Positions 25,382-37,514 of a stretch of 64,000 nucleotides of DNA are shown here, piece after piece. Positions within the stretch are counted from its first letter, which is position 1; each line of letters begins with the position of its first letter. Made by a program: the position numbers and the translations under genes. The notes under the pieces were generated by a model. The model worked only from the letters and a program-made list of their open reading frames with translations, did not search any database and was not told the origin of the DNA. The stretch lies in the NCBI GenBank assembly GCA_001662655.1, contig KV460227.1; one strand, 5' to 3'. This DNA is from Pseudogymnoascus verrucosus. Its lineage: Eukaryota.

Positions 25382-27071
25382 ATGACGGATAGAAGTATAA
25401 ATGCTTCTGAGGGTAAGAATTATAGCTTGCAAAGCGTCCCTCCCATGGGTTCTTCAGCAGGATTGAGTACTAAAACGCATACTAGTGCTCAAGCACAATA
25501 CGTCGGAGAGCTGTTGGGTGACATTATATGGCAAAGTGTACGATGTGAGTGACCCTGTTCTCTGTATATGCATAGCGCTTATCTAAATAGGTCACAAACT
25601 TCGTAGATGAACATCCAGGAGGCCGTCAATCCATTATGAGATTGGCAGGTCGAGATGCAACAGAAGACTTTGATCTCGTTCATCCTAAAGGAACACTTGA
25701 ACAGAATCTGCCCGCCGAAGCGTATCTAGGAAGTGTGTTCTTGGATACCCAAGAAGCAACAACTGTAGCGGAAAGCAATTCCTCGGACAGCGCCAGTGAA
25801 ATGGTTCCCCTGGATCAATTATTAAGCATCGCAGATCTCGAGAAACAAGCCTCTAAACAACTGAAAGATAAGGCATGGTCATATTACTACTCAGCGTCCG
25901 ATGATGAGATTTCGAAGAGATTAAACTCCGAGAGCTACAAGGCCATTCTGATGCGCCCTAGAGTCTTTTGCGACGTTGAAACTGTTAGCACCGAAGTAAA
26001 GTTGCTGAATACTCCTTTCAAGCTCCCAATTTTCATAGCCCCGGCCGCCATGGGCCGCCTGGCACACGAGTCGGGTGAATGCGGCATCTCAGACGCCTGT
26101 GGTGCTCATGGCGTGTTGCAAATCATCAGCAACAACGCATCCTATTCACTAGAGAATATTGTGGAGAACTCGGCCCCAGGACAAGTCTATGGCTTTCAAC
26201 TGTACGTGCAAAGCGACAGCCGGAAGAGCGAGGATATGATTCGACGTGTCAACAAACTGAGGCACAAGATTAAATTCATCGTTTTGACGGTCGATGCACC
26301 AACCCCTGGAAAACGAGAGCAAGATGAACGCATCAAGAACAAAGATTATCCGTCCGGGCACGGCGCAAAGCCAACTAAAGCGCCAGAGGCACCCGCCGGA
26401 GGAATAGGGAAGGCTCTATTCGCAGGAACCAGTGGAAGCTTAGTTTGGGGAAAGACTCTCGGCTGGCTAAGAGCTCACACCGATCTGCCTATCGTTATCA
26501 AAGGCATCCAGACTCACGAAGACGCATGTATGGCCGTTCGCTACGCGCCTCAAGTGCAAGGAATAATATTGTCGAATCATGGTGGTCGGGCATGTGATAC
26601 TGCTCCGCCAGCTCTGCACACTCTGTTAGAGATCCGGAAGTATTGTCCCGAAGTTTTGGAGAAGATTGAAGTTTGGATAGACGGAGGGGTGCAGAGAGGG
26701 ACCGACGTCGTGAAGGCACTCGCCCTTGGCGCGCGTGGGGTAGGATTAGGGAGAGCTCCATTGTATGGTTTGAGTGTAGGCGGCGCTGCTGGAGTTTCCA
26801 GAATGATCACGAGTAAGTCCTAGCCCTTCCTAAAAATAATGGAGAGGCTAATGCGATTTTGTTTTACAGTACTCCGAGAGGAAATTGAAACAGCGTTGAG
26901 ACTACTTGGAGTCAACAGCATTGCAGAGCTGAGTCCTAAACATGTATTGTTACCCTTCTCCTAGTATTTAAAGTGTCCTGAGGCTTATGATATGTCTAGG
27001 TCAACACGCGGGCGCTGGAGGCGCTCATATATGCTGGCGGGGCAAATTCGGACTTCACGTCAAAATTATGA
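25382..27071 (+). CDS. Flavocytochrome b2-like FMN-dependent L-2-hydroxyacid dehydrogenase (cytochrome b5 domain + FMN barrel) with C-terminal PTS1 SKL
   Basis: b5 domain [66 protein letters not shown]. Last exon [23 protein letters not shown]; no mitochondrial presequence. Confidence 0.9.
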
Positions 27072-28053
27072 GGGGATTCCGGGGACAAGACCACTATAGA
27101 AATCAAGCATCATGTGGCAGCTTTCACAATTAATTACGTAAAGTAAATTTCTTCAATATCGGGGGCATTTTGCCGTTCAAAATATTTCGTCCGCCATGTA
27201 GCATAGTGTTCAGAATAAACGCTGTATATTAGAATGGGCTGTCAGAGTTAGAATAGTCAGCTAGACAACGAATATCATGTCGGCGACTCAACGTCATTGA
27301 TCAATCCCAAGGAGCCAGTACTATGAGATGGCCCGTGAACTTGTTGAAACTCGCCAACTTTACTTAATTTTCTCGTTCTACCCAATCTACACTCGCGAAT
27401 TGTCACCAACCAACAAGTCCAGAAATTTCGTACAACTACGGTTTAATATTTGGGTAAGGATAGACATGTATATCTAGAGTCGTGAGCTCGGTAGTTCTAA
27501 AAGGTATGACCGAGCGACTCACGTATTTCTGGCATAACTCAGGAGAAGAATCACTAGCGTCGCCACACACATCTTGCCAAACTTATCGTTCCCCACTCTG
27601 TGAGATATTCCGTCCCCATATAACATCTAAATGATGGCTGTACACTCTCCACCCCAGGAACCCCGGAAGACAGCACCCCATTTGGACATAAACATGACTT
27701 TTCTAATAGTAACCGCGGGCAATACATACCCCGATACCCGAGCATCCATTCCATGGCACTTTCCATAACTTCCCAACCCCACGTCTCCGCCGTGGTTCCA
27801 TGTTGAATGTGGGGGTCACAACGGGATAATCTAACAGTTGGAGGGCACAACGGGATAACAGTTGGAGGGGTATAGCGGGGTAGATAGTGGAGAGAAATAT
27901 TTGTCATCTTCGGTCTGTGGACTAACCCATACTATTTACCCATAGACGATACTGTTTCGTTTCTGTAATAAAACATACCCAGTTACATCTTTCTACGAAA
28001 CGTTTACTTCCAATCCGGCACCAGAACAAGTCTTTTAACACACATCAATCACG

Positions 28054-29138
28054 ATGACTGATACCCTTTTCAAGCTCAACACCGGGGCCTCGATACCGGC
28101 TTTAGGTTTAGGTACTACTTCCTACTGAATCCCCGTCTGGTTCAGATAGCTAAACTTTCTAGGGACGTGGCAATCTGCTCCTGGCGATGTCAAGAAATCC
28201 GTCGCTCACGCTCTCGGCGTTGGCTACAAGCACATAGATTGCGCTTATTGTTACGGGAACGAGGACGAGGTCGGTGAAGGCTTAGCTGAAGCGTTCAAGT
28301 CGGGCCAGGTCAAGCGAGAGGATATTTTTGTGACAACCAAGCTGTGGTGCACATATCACACACGCGTGGAGGAGAACCTCGATAAGAGCTTGAAAAGTTT
28401 GGGGTTGGATTATGTTGACCTTTACTTGATGCATTGGCCTTGCCCAATGAACCCAAATGGTACTTTGACTCCTGGAGCTCCTTGGCGATTTGTGGCTAAA
28501 AATGAGACCAGGAAACCACGAGAAATTCCCCAGGCTTGCTGATGGGTCTCGCGATCTCGATAAATCATGGTCGCATGTTGAAACATACAAGACGATGGAA
28601 AAGCTTCTCAAAACCGGCAAGGTGAAGGCGATCGGCGTTGCGAATTACAGTGTTAAATATCTCGAGGAGCTGCTGCCACAGGTCTCCGTTGTTCCAGCTG
28701 TCAACCAAATAGAAAATCACCCATCACTACCGCAACAAGAGATTGTTGATTTCTGCAAAGAGAAGGGCATTCACGTCACGGCATACAGTCCATTTGGAAG
28801 TACCGGAGGCCCAATGTTCAGTGCAGAGTCAGTACTTGAAGTCGCCAAGAGACGTGACGTCTCCGTAGGCTCGGTCCTATTGAGTTATCATAGTATGTAT
28901 TTATTATCCATTTTGATCGTTCACTGCTGATCAGCTTGAAGTCGCTCGAGGAAGCTCCGTGCTTGCCAAGTCCGTTACGCCTTCGCGCATTGAAGAGAAC
29001 AAGAACGTCATCCAGCTTGACGCTACTGATATGGCGATTCTCGACAAATATTCGAACGAATTACAGGCTAATGGAAAGCTAAAGAGATATGTGTATCCCG
29101 ACTTCGGGGTTGACTTTGGATTCCCGGATAAATCTTAA
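28054..29138 (+). CDS. gar1: Aldo-keto reductase, Gar1-type NADPH-dependent hexuronate (D-galacturonate/D-glucuronate) reductase
   Basis: [72 protein letters not shown], terminal [16 protein letters not shown]. Closely matches my recollection of Trichoderma reesei Gar1. Confidence 0.88.
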
Positions 29139-30044
29139 TTGTACTGGATCTTTATAAACACGATGAAAAAAATATAGAATCCATCTTCTGAAACACTTGC
29201 ACTCTAGAATACAAATGATTGCGGCAATTCTGAGCAAAGTAGGGCATCATGTAGTTGTGGTTTTGCAGTCGCTTCTTTTAGATCACTTATTTAAAGTTGC
29301 CTACATTCCATGGGTGTTCTCCATTACGGCTTGAATTTTGGCCACAAAGCGTTTCCTTTTAGGGTGTGAAGGGAGTGTCACCTGAAGCATTGAGCGTTAC
29401 GATGCAGAGCGCCGAGTGCAGACTTCATGTGCTTACCGAGGTGGAACATCACGATATCCCTTATCCTCCGGAAACCTTTCATATTGGAATCCTTGAGTTC
29501 GATCGGCAAAGCTAAGGCTGCGAGATACGTGGTGCTGATGCTTCCTTTAAAACTTAAAGTTTCGTAGGGGAGGGAAATTCTCTCCATGTGCAACAAGCAG
29601 AGACCATCTGACACTGTGGGGTTGGAATTTATCCACTTGAGCTTTGGCGGGGAAATTTTCCCCGGCGAGAATGTTCCCACATTTAATCAATCTAGTTGAA
29701 TTAGGAAATTCTCAGCCACCACCTGATTATTTTTGGTTGCACAATAGTTGGTTCTTAACGCTTTCCACAACAGTCAGAAAAGGCAATATTTCCCGCACAG
29801 CGGAATCCCATGAAGAGGGAAATGGAGGCAAGTCGAGATGCTGTGGCGGGCGGCCATCCTTTGCCTACAGAGCCATGAAGCAATATATCAGAGACCTAGA
29901 TTTAAATACTGGAATGTTTATGTATCTTGCAGGTTTATAAAGGGTCAAGGTTTCGACAGCAAACATTGTCCCACAGAATCTTAATATCATACCATAGCAT
30001 TTATCCATTCCTGCTTCACTTCCTCAACCAAACTCGCAGCCAAA

Positions 30045-31010
30045 ATGGCAGCCATAATGCGTGCACCAGATTCTACCTCTTCAGAGTCATGGAATAGCAA
30101 ATTCCAAGCACTCGAGGACACCTCTGACAACATTGACGCCGTCAACGCCATGAAAGCTGCATCGAAATTCGATGCCGAGAAAGACAAGACGCAGTTCAGA
30201 AAATTTGAAGACGCCTGCGACCGTGTGAAGAACTTCTACCGCGAGCAACACCTTAAGCAGACCGTTGAATATAACCGGCGCGCACGCGAAGAAATGAAGT
30301 CCAAGACCCGCGCAAAGATGACCATCTGGGAAGCGATGGAGACGTTGAACACACTCATCGATAACTCAGACCCGGATACATCCCTCTCGCAGATTGAACA
30401 TCTTATGCAGACGGCCGAGGCGATGAGAAAGGATGGAAAGCCTCGCTGGATGCAGCTTACGGGCTTGGTTCATGACCTGGGTAAACTCCTGTTTTTCTTC
30501 GGAGCTCAGGGCCAATGGGATGTGGTTGGAGATACCTTCCCCGTGGGATGTGCATACTCGGAGAAGATCATTTATCCAGATACCTTTGTCGACAATCCCG
30601 ACTACGGCCATGAGGTGTACAGCACGAAGTATGGAATCTACGAGCCAAGATGCGGACTTGACAACGTCATGCTATCGTGGGGCCATGATGAGTATTTTTA
30701 CCTAATCGCCAAAGATCAGTCGACGCTACCAGATGAAGCATTAGCGATGATTCGATATCACAGTTTCTACCCGTGGCATTCAGGAGGTGCATACATGGAG
30801 CTCATGAACGAGAAGGATGAGAAGATGCTAGAGGCTGTGAGGGCTTTTAATCCGTACGATCTATACAGCAAGAGTGATGATGTTCCAAGCATAGAGGAGT
30901 TGAAGGTAAAGCCCACTGCTCTTGTTTGCAAAACATTACTAATTACCTTATAGCCATACTATATGGAGCTCATCGACGAGTTCTTCCCGGCGAGGATAAT
31001 TAATTGGTGA
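30045..31010 (+). CDS. MIOX: myo-inositol oxygenase (myo-inositol -> D-glucuronate)
   Basis: FYREQH..QT, DNSDPD, QIEHLMQTAE, HDLGK, QWDVVGDTFPVGC, SWGHDEY, IRYHSFYPWH, FNPYDLYSK; short 3' exon PYYMELIDEFFPARIINW*. Confidence 0.96.
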
Positions 31011-31365
31011 AGTCTAGAGTTTTTAGTAGCTGGGCTTAATCGGCCGGCACAGCGTACAGCGATTTGAACTTATGTAGATTTTATCACGTTGAAAGGCAAC
31101 CTGACTTATGGGAATATGTATTGATTCTTTTTCGTGCTCGCCTTTCCTTGAATCCTTCCTGCTTGTGTGCATCCCAACGCCCAAGGCTATGCTGAAATTC
31201 CGAATACTATTTAACGTGAATATTTGCAAATTTAGATCTTGTTTAGTTTGATCGCCCTTGCAAGCAACAGTTCCGTTAGACTAGATAGCAGCTGAAGCTA
31301 TATTCCATTACTACATGTGTACTCAAACCGTGACCCGAACAACTTAATGTCAACTGTATGATACC

Positions 31366-34084
31366 TCATGAATCACACGACCACGCACGCTCCAAGTCCC
31401 TCACAATCGCCCCCGTTGGGCGAGCATACTCGACCTCTAGCTTATGGAGCAGGTCCAGCATACCTATTTGTTGGTCGCGGTCGGTGACGTGCTCACCGCA
31501 AACAGCAATAGCCATCTGTGCAATAAGAAGTGAGGATTCTGATGGGTTGTTTGAGAGCGCAACTCCACATATTCGTAGGACGATCTCTCGAATTTTTGCC
31601 GAAATGCCACGAAGTGCTGCGGCCACACCTGGTCCCAACCGAGGGACGGTTGGGTCATAGGCGATAAGTAGGATACGAGCAAGATCTAGATACAGCAGGC
31701 CGGAGACATGAGTGTCTGCTAGGTACCAGATTTGTGGAAAGATCTCTCCATTGTGGTGGTTAGGTTCTTTGTAGTGGATAGACGAGAATGACAAGGGTTT
31801 GTGGGACTCCCATGAGTCTTCGAAGTCTTTCAGTTCATTCCACCGTTGAACCTTTCCGTTGCTAGATGATATATCTCCCCCAAAACAGAATTGCAACACA
31901 TCGGCACAGAAAACAATAAGGCGGTTTGCCCATACAGTATCATCGGCCTCAGCGAAGGATCTGGGCCAAGACCACGCGTCTGTATGAAGACGAATTGGTC
32001 GTTGTTTCATGAAGGCTGACGTTATCTCTTGCCGAAGTGCAACCCTGAATGAAGCATGTTGGAGTGGCGTAACGTCTACGGTATAGCCATTAATCGCACT
32101 TTCAATGTGAAATGGCGTTGATGTTTGTGTCTCTTGTGAGAAAGTCTTCCGACTTGGTGAAGATACAGCATCGACTTGGCCGTTCATGAAGATCTGAAAT
32201 GTACGTAAAAAGGTCTCTGACTCTTCGCTTGTAACTGAAGTCTGGTGTTCTTCGTAATACTGAAGGATCACTGCTGCTGCAAGCAAATCCTTGTCTCGAA
32301 CATGCTCGGCGTCTTTGGAGAGCTCAATGAGATATGCCAAAACTGCGTTGTGATATTGTATTGCAGTCTCGGAGGTGAGATTGTATAGAGGTATACCCTG
32401 ATACTCTACTACACCAGCTTGGTTCTTGAATCTTGGGGCTTGAGCTAGATGCCTTGCGGACGCTGTGAATATTGCGTTTAATAAAGGCGGACACCGTCTG
32501 GCTCGTTGAGGTACATCAAGAGCAAAATGTCTAGAAGGATCACAAACGTCAAACTAGGTATAAGTTAGTGCATGTTTTAGACACACTGACGCGGCATAGG
32601 ATTGATTGATGAGTAACTTGCCCAAGGTGCAATGAAGTCCACAAAATGCCTCATTAAACATGCACATTGGGTTGTGGTCCACTAAAACGAGTTAGCATAG
32701 TTTATTATCCAATGTTTAAGAAAAGACACACATCGTTAGGCCAGAAAAAGGTCTTCTTCCAGATCTCTGGTTTCAGGAGACCTGATGAGGCACTTGGTAC
32801 AGCAGCTGCAGCCGAGTCTGCAAGACGTTGGCTCTTTGCTATGTTCAAGGTCGAATTTGGACGGAGTGGCGGCAACGATGGAAGAGAAATTGGTGGGAGT
32901 GAAGTCGTCCTCTGCAAGAGGGTAGTTTCGTTTCTAGGAGACTCATAAACGAAGGTTGGGGCTTGTAACGATTGGAATTTGGTAAAGTCTTGCGACTGAT
33001 AAGGGTCTAAAGCGTCGATATCGTCGTTGGTTGTGTCACTCCTAGACGCTTGAATGGACATGGTTGTTTCAAGCGGACTGAAAGCAAAAGGTCTAGAAAA
33101 AGCTTGATCAACTGATGAAGTATTACGGATGGTGTTGTGGATTTCCCTCGGTATTGAGTTTGAGGTCGAGGTTGTCCGAGTGGTTCTGTCATATTCCTTT
33201 ATTGTAACACTGGCTTCTGTTGGAATGTCCTCCTGAGCATAATAATTTTCAAGCTCTGGCCGTTCATCCACAAATTGTAATTTAGCTAAGACGAAATTGC
33301 CACATTAGCTAAAATAGTAAGTTGAACACCTGATATAGAAACTCGAGATGGGTAAGATAAATGAGCTGAGAAATGCATAGATGCTGATGATGAAAATCTT
33401 GTCTTCTAGACTGAAAAATGGTTTGCTCTTCCTCTTTGCCTGCCTTAAGATAGTACAATGGATGGCGGACGTAGAAACACGTCTCTAGAAGATGATCCAT
33501 CCTTCAATATTCCTCCATGCCAACACCGCCAAGCAATGAAGATATCATTCTCCGTCTTGTTGCTTGATCATTCACAATTATAGCTCCCATAATCTAATGA
33601 AGAAAATAAACTTACTATTGCTAGATTGCGTAAACCATGGCTGATCAGTCTTAAATGCAGCATCATATCTCGCAGTCGATCCATGACGGAATTTCAACTT
33701 ATCCTTGTTGCGTACACAAGGCGCATTCAAGCGACGGCACAGCTTGCAGGTGGAATCATTATCATCAGCTGCTCCAAGTCAGTACATTGTGCACGGAAAT
33801 CTTAGGATTGCGCCGAATCTGGTTGTTAGATCGATCGTTAAAGAGGAGCAGAGGTAGCTGCTCTGGAAGAAAATTGATCTTAATGGAGCCTGAAAGTGAG
33901 TGCGAGGTTGCGTGATATTTACTACTCCTCGAAAGATAAATGACCATCGAAGATTAAATGAAAGGAGGAGCTTACTCGTGCATTTTTGATGACGGTCTAA
34001 AAACAATCAGTGGATGCGATACAACGGGGAAATGGTGCATCTCTTGCCTCTACAAATCTCGCAGGGATCCTCAATCTCTGACAT
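31366..34084 (-). CDS. Zn2Cys6 transcription factor with Fungal_trans_2-type C-terminal domain
   Basis: Spliced N-terminus MSEIEDPCEICRDRHQKCT..DSTCKLCRRLNAPC..LKFRHGS; later CLMRHFVDFIAPW/FDVCDPSRHFALDVPQRARRCPPLLNAIFTASARHL, LLAAAVILQYYEE, RQEI, WANR. Confidence 0.85.
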
Positions 34085-35540
34085 AGTACTGGGCGTAAGG
34101 CTAGCCTAATATCAAAGGAAGACGAAGTTTCGAGCCATTTGTACGTATCGACTGCTGGGAGTCTTTGTGGAGATGATGAGGAATCGTATGGAGTGTTGGG
34201 GAAAATATATTGCCAGTGCGAGGGATGGCCCCGTATTTAGTTAGTTGTGGTACAAAAGACCCCCACTCACCCACTCCATACCAGTATTGTTCCCACTAAG
34301 GACGCCATCCCCAGTACAATTGCCGACACTGTGTAGACTACGACCCAGGGTTTACTGTAACCTAACCTGTCTAACTTGATCGTTCAGATACATTATTAAT
34401 GCGCGAATAGAATGCGATTGCGGCGGATATCCTTCGGTCCTTGAGTCGGTCGTCCACCTCTGTTATGAAGGTAGTGTCTAATGCACCTTGATCATCGTTA
34501 GCCAAACCACAAACCAACTGCCTAGCCCCAAATGTAGAGTCTCACTGGCTCTATTCAAGGATCTCTCAATGTCGACAACAGGAGAGCTTGAAGACATTTC
34601 TTCTGCGCCATCGACCAACAGACAGCACCCGCATATCGCCCATGAGCCAAGAGAATTGTAACGGGGTGGCGCCGACCCGACCATTATAGTATATATAGAG
34701 TGTTACGCCTATTCCAGGCCAGTCGGAATACTGTAGTCTTTTTGGCTCACTGGGATGTAGCGCAAGCGTAACCGTACATCATTACAAGAATCCAACATCG
34801 TCGCGGAACATGGTAGTTACAAAGATGTGTTCTTATATTGGCAAAGCATAAGCAGTATGTTGTTGCCGTGCGAATAGTATGCCCACATATCAATTGTTCC
34901 AGATGGGAAAGAGGGGTTGAAAGGTAAGAAGAGCTGTGGTGGAGTTGGTGGCGGAGCGCCCACAGCCTCCAGCGAATGTGAACCCCTGTCCAGTCCAACG
35001 CTATCGCGAATGTTAGATTTCAGAACGTCAACATCTCTCACTTGCATTATCAGACAAATGAAAAGATGGTGGAAAGAAATAGTAGGAGAGGAATAACTTC
35101 ATTCTTGGTTTGTTGAAGGGAATAATCACAAGAAAATTCAGGCTCCTCAACGCCCATCATGTCTATCCCGATGCAAGTCTCCATCCCCCTTGTGCTTCCT
35201 CTTAAGTGTCAAGTTTTATATGACATCGTTTCAAATACCAGATGGAATCCGGGGGAGGTGAGGCTTCATTTCCTGCATCTTGATGTCATTATGAGGCATA
35301 AATTGAATGTTTAATAAAAGAAATACACCAAAAACCGCACTCCAACCGACTTCAACTTCATCGACTCCCAATCCGAGCGCTTCGGCGCCACTCTACAGTT
35401 TGGCCGAATCCTACGCCTGCTGTATGAACATCCCGACTGGTCACAAATCCATGCTTTCTGCAGCAAACGCTACTCCAAGCGGGAAATGTTCTCGAACCGC
35501 TCCGCGCGAGTGCTGAAGCCATCGAAAGAGAGTATATCAT

Positions 35541-36503
35541 GTGGTTACAACTTCAAAGACGCCACCCGTGAACTTCAACACCGACATATCAACAGTCGGT
35601 CTCCCAGAGGACTTCATTGAGCAGCTCAAACAGGCGACTCTCAAATCAGTTGGGCACATGATGGGTCCAGATCCGTTCAATTGCTCCATCGGCCCAGCTG
35701 TCAGTGTTGGCATCGGCGCGGCTTCGTACATGGATCTCATATACGGCGGCAACAGGCCTGGCACTCATGTCGCTCGGCCACCAGGGAGGGGTATTGCGGC
35801 AAGCAAGCAAGGTGGTCGCGGCCGGAATTCCGAGGAGTGGAAGGCGCTGTGGGTGGTGATCGCTGACTGGGTGTACGAGATGGAGGCGGCGTCGATCCTC
35901 AAATTCGCAGGGAGCAATTCTTACAAGCGCGCCCCAACAGCAGCAGAACAGAGGGAAATGTCTCCTTGGGTGAAGATGCCACGGAAGTTTCTCCAGACCG
36001 ATGCAATCCGTGGGGCGGATGCGTTTCGGGATGTGTTTGACCAGTTTATTGACACGCCAACCAAGTTCCATGGGATCGAGTGGGACTTTATGGAGTTGGA
36101 GGCGACAAAATATGTTAATGCTGTGATTTTAGCCAGGTTTAGACCAAAACCGGCTATTGCGAGGATGGCGGATGATATGCTGAGGAGGGTAAGCTTTGGG
36201 AGTCACGACACACTTTCTTACAAAGCGGTCTCTCCAACCCAGCTCAGGCCATGTCCACAAACGTGCAATGGGATTGACTGGGAGAGATGGATACTTTCAA
36301 TTGAAGGCGGATGTATCGTCAGGGTGGATACTATTTTCCAGGTGAGTTCCCGGTGTGTTCCTCTATTTCTCGCTTCTCATTCTGACATTATGAAGGCTCT
36401 GTTGGCGGTGATGCTGTTGACATATCTGCCACTGCATATTAAAATCCTGGACAAAGGCGAAACTTATCCGAAGTTTCCTGATTCAGATTGGGTTTATCTG
36501 TAG
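35541..36503 (+). CDS. Hypothetical protein (5' end uncertain, possibly extends to about 35171; probable 3' intron)
   Basis: 320-codon open frame with protein-like composition; GTGAG donor near 36342; no recognised domain. Confidence 0.45.
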   Translation: MVTTSKTPPVNFNTDISTVGLPEDFIEQLKQATLKSVGHMMGPDPFNCSIGPAVSVGIGAASYMDLIYGGNRPGTHVARPPGRGIAASKQGGRGRNSEEWKALWVVIADWVYEMEAASILKFAGSNSYKRAPTAAEQREMSPWVKMPRKFLQTDAIRGADAFRDVFDQFIDTPTKFHGIEWDFMELEATKYVNAVILARFRPKPAIARMADDMLRRVSFGSHDTLSYKAVSPTQLRPCPQTCNGIDWERWILSIEGGCIVRVDTIFQVSSRCVPLFLASHSDIMKALLAVMLLTYLPLHIKILDKGETYPKFPDSDWVYL

Positions 36504-37514
36504 CGTTTTATTAAGCATAATAAACAGAGTTATGCATTTAATATGCGGGTCCTTGCCTTTCTTGGCTTTGGTATGGTTTTTTCTGTGAAGCTCATCCAAG
36601 AGTATCGATGTTCTGGTCTCCTACTTACATACAGTATTACCGATGGCGGTACGCTTGCTCACTGTTCAAACTCAGGTATACTCAGAAATCCAAACCCGGA
36701 CATATTCTCATAAGTGAAAAAATTGCCGGATTCGGACTCCTATTATCTTCCACAACGAGATTAGATTAGTCAAGCCAATAAATGCCAAGTATATACTCAA
36801 ATCACATGACTATTATTCGTTTTATCTGCATCACGTGATCTCCCTCAATCCGTCCTCGAATCCACTCCAGTCGGACTTGCATCGGACTTGCGTCCGGAAA
36901 ACCGGGACCTCATGCAGACTCACGATCCCGAGTCCATAATAGCTAATCCAGCGATGCTCTGATATCTCAATTGACCTGTACCTGTATGTTGGCACTTTGT
37001 CGGCCCAATTGTAGCCAGATATACGTATCCCTCCTAGTTCTCCCGAAGCCGCTTCCTCCACGTTGGATGCCCTAAGTACCCCAATTTAGCTATGCGGAAG
37101 TGAAGGACCACGATCTCGGCAGTAACAGCGATCCTTTCGTGCGCCCATCGCCCAATTGAGGTTAATAAAGATTATTTTTATATTGCAATGTCCGATTGAT
37201 CCGTATTTACAATGGTTGAGGGAAATTGTAGGTATGATGATGACGGATCGGTTTTTCGGTATCTAGCCGGCAGAACGGACTAGCTGTCAAGAAATTCAAA
37301 TTGTAGAAGGAAGATCACGTATAATATTATAGAAGTGAGCGTAATGCTTCCTTAATTCTACGTACTATACATGGAGAAGAGAATTTTACTACACAACCTA
37401 TCCTATTAGGATCCGATCCGATGGCATTTCTCCTCTCCTCTCCATTCCATCACCCTCCGCCGTCTATCTCCACAAAACACACCCCAATCCACCATGTAAT
37501 TGTAGTAAAGCTTT

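Noticed and set aside
12257..34084. Interpretation as a secondary-metabolite or L-ascorbate biosynthesis cluster
   Set aside because: No PKS/NRPS/terpene core, lactonase or gulonolactone oxidase; enzyme set and CreA-like sites fit catabolism better.
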